In this document: positions 56,492 through 59,916 of the stretch, piece after piece
Position numbering within the stretch: the first letter of the stretch is position 1
How the letters are laid out: each line of letters starts with the position of its first letter
DNA from: an uncultured bacterium
GTDB lineage: Bacteria > Verrucomicrobiota > Kiritimatiellia > RFP12 > CAIWXQ01
Assembly: GCA_903861045.1 (NCBI GenBank)
Contig: CAIOST010000240.1
Location: 1-59,916 of the forward strand
Direction of reading: 5' to 3'
DNA: 59,916 nt
Notes under the pieces: model-generated
The model's input: the letters and a program-made list of their open reading frames with translations, nothing else
Databases searched by the model: none
What the model was told of the DNA's origin: nothing
Position numbers and translations under genes: made by a program

Positions 56492-57382
56492 CTACACCAG
56501 CGGCCGCACCACGCGGTCGACATCGGCTTCGGTCTCGCAGCGCGGCACGTCGCGGAAGAGCTTCCAGGTCTCGGTGTGCGAAGCGGAACCACCCTTCTTC
56601 AGGGTGGTCAGCGCCCCCAGGCTTTCAATTTCAAGCATCTGCTCGCAGGCAAACGTCTCGTAGTTGCAGCCACCATCCGGATAGACCTGGTCGTCCTGGC
56701 GCTCAAAGTACTTCACGAACAGGAAGTTTTCGCGCTGATAAGCGACCCACTTCTCGCGGTGCGCCAACCCCAGCTTGTTCGGCCCGCGTGTCGGGTCCTG
56801 GCGGAAGAAGAGGTAGCGACTGCCTAGGGTCCAGCGCGGATCACTAAAATCCGTGTACCCCCAGATCCCCCAGCTCTGATTGGCGAGCAGTCGCTCCGTA
56901 TGCGCAATCTTGGCCGGCAGCGGGATGATGGACTGCCCATTCAGCCCCATGACGCTCAGCGCCCAGGGGGCGCATTCCACCGGTTTGGCGCCCTTATTAG
57001 TGAGCGTATGGCGCACCGTGACAACATTGCGATCGTCATCCAGCAGAATCTCCATCTGCTTGGCGATGCGCGTCAGCGGCCCGGCCTTCTGCCGCACGCG
57101 CACGCCGCCGGCAATCGCCTCCACGGCCTCGTAAGGGCCATTATCGAGCTCGTAGCTCCACGGCTTCGCTTCCGGGGCCACCCACAACCGGTGACCGCCA
57201 CGCAACTGCCACGCCGCCTCACCGCGCTGCCCCTGCTCCCCCGGGATCTCGGCGAACATATTGGCTTCGCCCATATAGCCAAAGCGGATGATGCGCGGCC
57301 CCACGTCACACGTGATGATGACTTCCACTTCCTTGTTGGCCAACCGCACGCAGTTCCATCCATTAAAAACAACATTTTCCAT
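56492..57382 (-). CDS. conserved hypothetical protein (DUF4380 / galactose-mutarotase-like)
   Basis: DVGPRII.F, GGHRLW.APE, YPDGGC..E.F, LEIESLG. Confidence 0.6.
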   Translation of the reverse strand: MENVVFNGWNCVRLANKEVEVIITCDVGPRIIRFGYMGEANMFAEIPGEQGQRGEAAWQLRGGHRLWVAPEAKPWSYELDNGPYEAVEAIAGGVRVRQKAGPLTRIAKQMEILLDDDRNVVTVRHTLTNKGAKPVECAPWALSVMGLNGQSIIPLPAKIAHTERLLANQSWGIWGYTDFSDPRWTLGSRYLFFRQDPTRGPNKLGLAHREKWVAYQRENFLFVKYFERQDDQVYPDGGCNYETFACEQMLEIESLGALTTLKKGGSASHTETWKLFRDVPRCETEADVDRVVRPLV

Positions 57383-57453
57383 GGCTTATTCCTTGTTTTC
57401 ACGCCCGGGCCAACCGGTCGTAATCATTGACACGTTATGCCAGGCACACCCGG

Positions 57454-58419
57454 CTATTTCCAAACGACCCGCGTTCCGGTCGCGCCATCCAAGGCCCGTT
57501 CCAGGTTTTCGGGATTCGTGATCAACACACAGCGACCACCCGACTTCAGGTAGAGCATCGCGGCGGCCATCTTCGGGCCCATGCTGCCGGGCGGGAAATG
57601 CCCCTCTTGCATGTAGCGCTCCGCCTCCGCGTAGGTAACCTCATCCAGGACGCGCTGTTCCGGCTTGCCATAATGCAGGCAGACCTTCTCGATACCCGTA
57701 AGAATCACAAACAGATCGGCCTTTACATCCGCGGCCAATAGCGCGCTGGAAAGATCTTTGTCGATGACGGCTTCCACGCCCACGTACTGGCCGTCGGTGT
57801 CCATGGTGATTGGCACGCCGCCGCCGCCCAAGGCCAGCACCACGTTACCGGAATACGTCAAGGACCGGATCATCCGGCTCTGCAGGATACGCTTCGGCAT
57901 CGGGCTGGGCACAATGCGCCGGTAGCCGCGGCCGGAATCCTCGATCACCTGCCAGTCGGGAAAACGCGCGCGCAACGCGGCCAACGCCGCGGGCGGGTAA
58001 AACGGTCCCACCGGCTTGGTTGGATGCTGAAACGCCGGATCCGCACGATCCACCAGCACCTGGGTAATCAAGGTGACGACGCTCTTGCGCACATCATGCC
58101 GGCGCAGTTCGTTCAGCAGTTCCTGCTGCAACAAATAGCCTAGCGAGCCTTCGGTCTGCGCCACCAGTACATCCAGGGGAAAGGTCGGCACCAGCTCTTG
58201 TGCCAGTTCATTCTGCATCAGCAGATTACCGACCTGCGGTCCATTCCCGTGTGTCACGACAAGCTCGTACCCGCGCTGCAACAGCGCGATCAGGCGGTAG
58301 CACATCTCGCGGGCATTGGCCTGCTGCTCCTGAATCGTCCCGGCTTCGCCGGACTTCAGGATCACGTTCCCGCCAAACGCCACCACCGCCACGGACCCGT
58401 CACGAACCTTGCTGGGCAT
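57454..58419 (-). CDS. arcC: carbamate kinase
   Basis: VAFGGN, THGNGPQVG, PTKPVGPFY, EDSGRGYRRIVPSP, GGGGVP, EAVIDKD, GSMGPK. Confidence 0.93.
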   Translation of the reverse strand: MPSKVRDGSVAVVAFGGNVILKSGEAGTIQEQQANAREMCYRLIALLQRGYELVVTHGNGPQVGNLLMQNELAQELVPTFPLDVLVAQTEGSLGYLLQQELLNELRRHDVRKSVVTLITQVLVDRADPAFQHPTKPVGPFYPPAALAALRARFPDWQVIEDSGRGYRRIVPSPMPKRILQSRMIRSLTYSGNVVLALGGGGVPITMDTDGQYVGVEAVIDKDLSSALLAADVKADLFVILTGIEKVCLHYGKPEQRVLDEVTYAEAERYMQEGHFPPGSMGPKMAAAMLYLKSGGRCVLITNPENLERALDGATGTRVVWK

Positions 58420-58424
58420 GCCAA

Positions 58425-59633
58425 TTACCTGCTGTAAGCGGGCGGACGCGGATTGAGCCACTCAATCAACGGTTTACGGATCGTCATGGCAAATACCATG
58501 TTGCCATACGGATTATAGTGACCAAATACCTGCGCTCCGGCGCGTTCCACATAGAGCTTCTCGCAGAACTTCTCCACGCCGGGCTTGTACAGCTTCGCAT
58601 CCTCGCAGATAGTCGGCAGCGTATCAATGTACGCGAACTTCTCCTTGTTCAGGAAGTCCACGAACTCCGCATCGAAGCGCGTCCCCTTCTTGACATAGGT
58701 CTGCACGGTCGGCACGTCGTAGCTCAGCATCAGCATGAGGTTGCGCTTGTTAGCTTTGCACCATGTGCGCATCTGCTTGACGACCCACATCGTGGAACGG
58801 ATGCCATAGGCGATGTGCAGCTTGATGGCGTCCTTCTGCCGGGTCTTCGCGCTGCGCAGGTTGACCTTGATGCCGAAGGCCTCGGCTAACTGCTCGCACT
58901 GCTCCACGGGCGCTTCGCCGCCTTCGCGCAGGCAATAGAGCTGCGCCACGGCGTCATCCTTGAAGGCGTTATAAAAGTTATCCTTGCCGACGAGGGCATT
59001 CAGATCGGCGACCTTCTTGCACATGCCGGGACGCTCCACCCACTCCCCCTTGTCCACGTCGAAGCGCAGATGCATCCAGGGGAAGCCATGCACCGGGTAG
59101 CCATCCTTCTTGCCACGCGGCAGCTCCCGGCACTTCCACGCCACCCGCACCCAGCGCGCGGCGTCAATATTACGCATGTAGTCATCATCCCAGACGTTGA
59201 GGATGATATTCTCGGCGGAAAAATCCTTGGTTGCTTCCATGCGCATCGCGCGGCGATACGCCTGGTACACCCCATACCCGCCCACGCCGAAGTTGCGGAT
59301 CGGCTCGCGGAAGTTGGCCGCCAGGATCTCCTGCCAGGTCTCGCCATCGCTGACCTGGGCGCACTGCGTGTAACTGTCGCCGTAGGTGTTAATGCGGCAC
59401 GGCTTATCAGCGTAGTTGATCATCCGGCGGTTCTTACCGCGGGGATGGTAAGAGCCCTCGGTAATGGCGCGATCCATACCGTCCTGCATGCAGTGATTGC
59501 TATGCAGATAGCCCAGCTCGGAGTCAAATTCAAGAATGGCTGGATTTTTCGGGTCCAGATACCGGTTGATTTCCACCTGATGGTACGCAGCGGTATGCAG
59601 CAACTGCTTGAGGTCCTTGAGCTCAGACGACAT
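58425..59633 (-). CDS. hypothetical protein, SGNH-hydrolase-like
   Basis: TYGDSYT, NFGVGGYG, late GHYNPYGN; GGAG RBS. Confidence 0.6.
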   Translation of the reverse strand: MSSELKDLKQLLHTAAYHQVEINRYLDPKNPAILEFDSELGYLHSNHCMQDGMDRAITEGSYHPRGKNRRMINYADKPCRINTYGDSYTQCAQVSDGETWQEILAANFREPIRNFGVGGYGVYQAYRRAMRMEATKDFSAENIILNVWDDDYMRNIDAARWVRVAWKCRELPRGKKDGYPVHGFPWMHLRFDVDKGEWVERPGMCKKVADLNALVGKDNFYNAFKDDAVAQLYCLREGGEAPVEQCEQLAEAFGIKVNLRSAKTRQKDAIKLHIAYGIRSTMWVVKQMRTWCKANKRNLMLMLSYDVPTVQTYVKKGTRFDAEFVDFLNKEKFAYIDTLPTICEDAKLYKPGVEKFCEKLYVERAGAQVFGHYNPYGNMVFAMTIRKPLIEWLNPRPPAYSR

Positions 59634-59734
59634 GAAACATCTCCTAATCGCTTACCCTATGACGTAAAAAACAAGAGCTCAGATTAAAAGTCATTCGCCG
59701 GCCAAGATCAAGTTCAATCGTAGTGTCCACCCCC

Positions 59735-59887
59735 CATGGTCTTTTCCTGAAGCGCCACCTAACGCAGGCTGGCTGTAGCAAGGGCTTGTGGTAACCGCAG
59801 AAGCCGCTTTTGTGTATGCTAGCAGTGGCGAGCTGTTGGTTGGCAGAGGATTTGGACACGGGCAGGATCGGTGCAGACCATTCATGT
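59735..59887. repeat. 153-bp repeat, copy 2 (inverted)
   Basis: Reverse complement of 1-153 with 2 mismatches. Confidence 0.95.
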
Positions 59888-59891
59888 TGGC

Positions 59892-59916
59892 CACAAAAGG
59901 CACATAAATCACAAAA
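59892..59916. repeat. 9-bp periodic repeat at window end
   Basis: cacaaaagg cacataaat cacaaaa (truncated by window edge). Confidence 0.45.

Noticed and set aside
1-59887. Whole window as a composite transposon or prophage
   Set aside because: No transposase, integrase or phage genes, and it contains the core gene der
1-59916. CRISPR array, tRNA or rRNA genes
   Set aside because: No regularly spaced repeat-spacer array or recognisable RNA gene was seen by eye

Overview
GC-rich bacterial window, probably from the PVC superphylum (Verrucomicrobiota/Kiritimatiellota-like; inferred from the VPDGG-type sorting tails). It is dominated by an exosortase-linked surface polysaccharide locus. On the left (+) are prsK-prsR, an exosortase, a TPR lipoprotein, an outer-membrane beta-barrel and a secreted Fn3 protein. 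A ~38 kb co-oriented minus-strand cluster (50064 to 12063) follows, with short wza, priming transferase, WbpB/D/E-like genes, a degenerate wzc, glycosyltransferases, two flippases, two Wzy/ligase-like genes, five deacetylase domains, two FemAB-like GNATs and three secreted beta-helix proteins. Two VPDSG-CTERM-type genes bracket this cluster and share a sigma-54 promoter plus a 27-bp upstream box. Housekeeping genes (der, LplT-like MFS, carbamate kinase) lie on the right. The most interesting unexplained signals are: (1) an apparent split-Fn3 'plug and socket' set, with Fn3 domains lacking strand A and proteins ending in an orphan PxxPx[NH]LR strand; (2) a ~300 bp intergenic segment bounded by 32-bp inverted repeats and carrying a promoter-like sequence, a candidate phase-variation inverton or MITE; (3) a priming glycosyltransferase fused to a degenerate GGDEF-like domain that keeps RxxD, in the same cluster as a Walker-A-deficient Wzc; (4) a 153-bp element present as an inverted repeat at both window ends. 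All calls come from reading motifs by eye; no searches were run.
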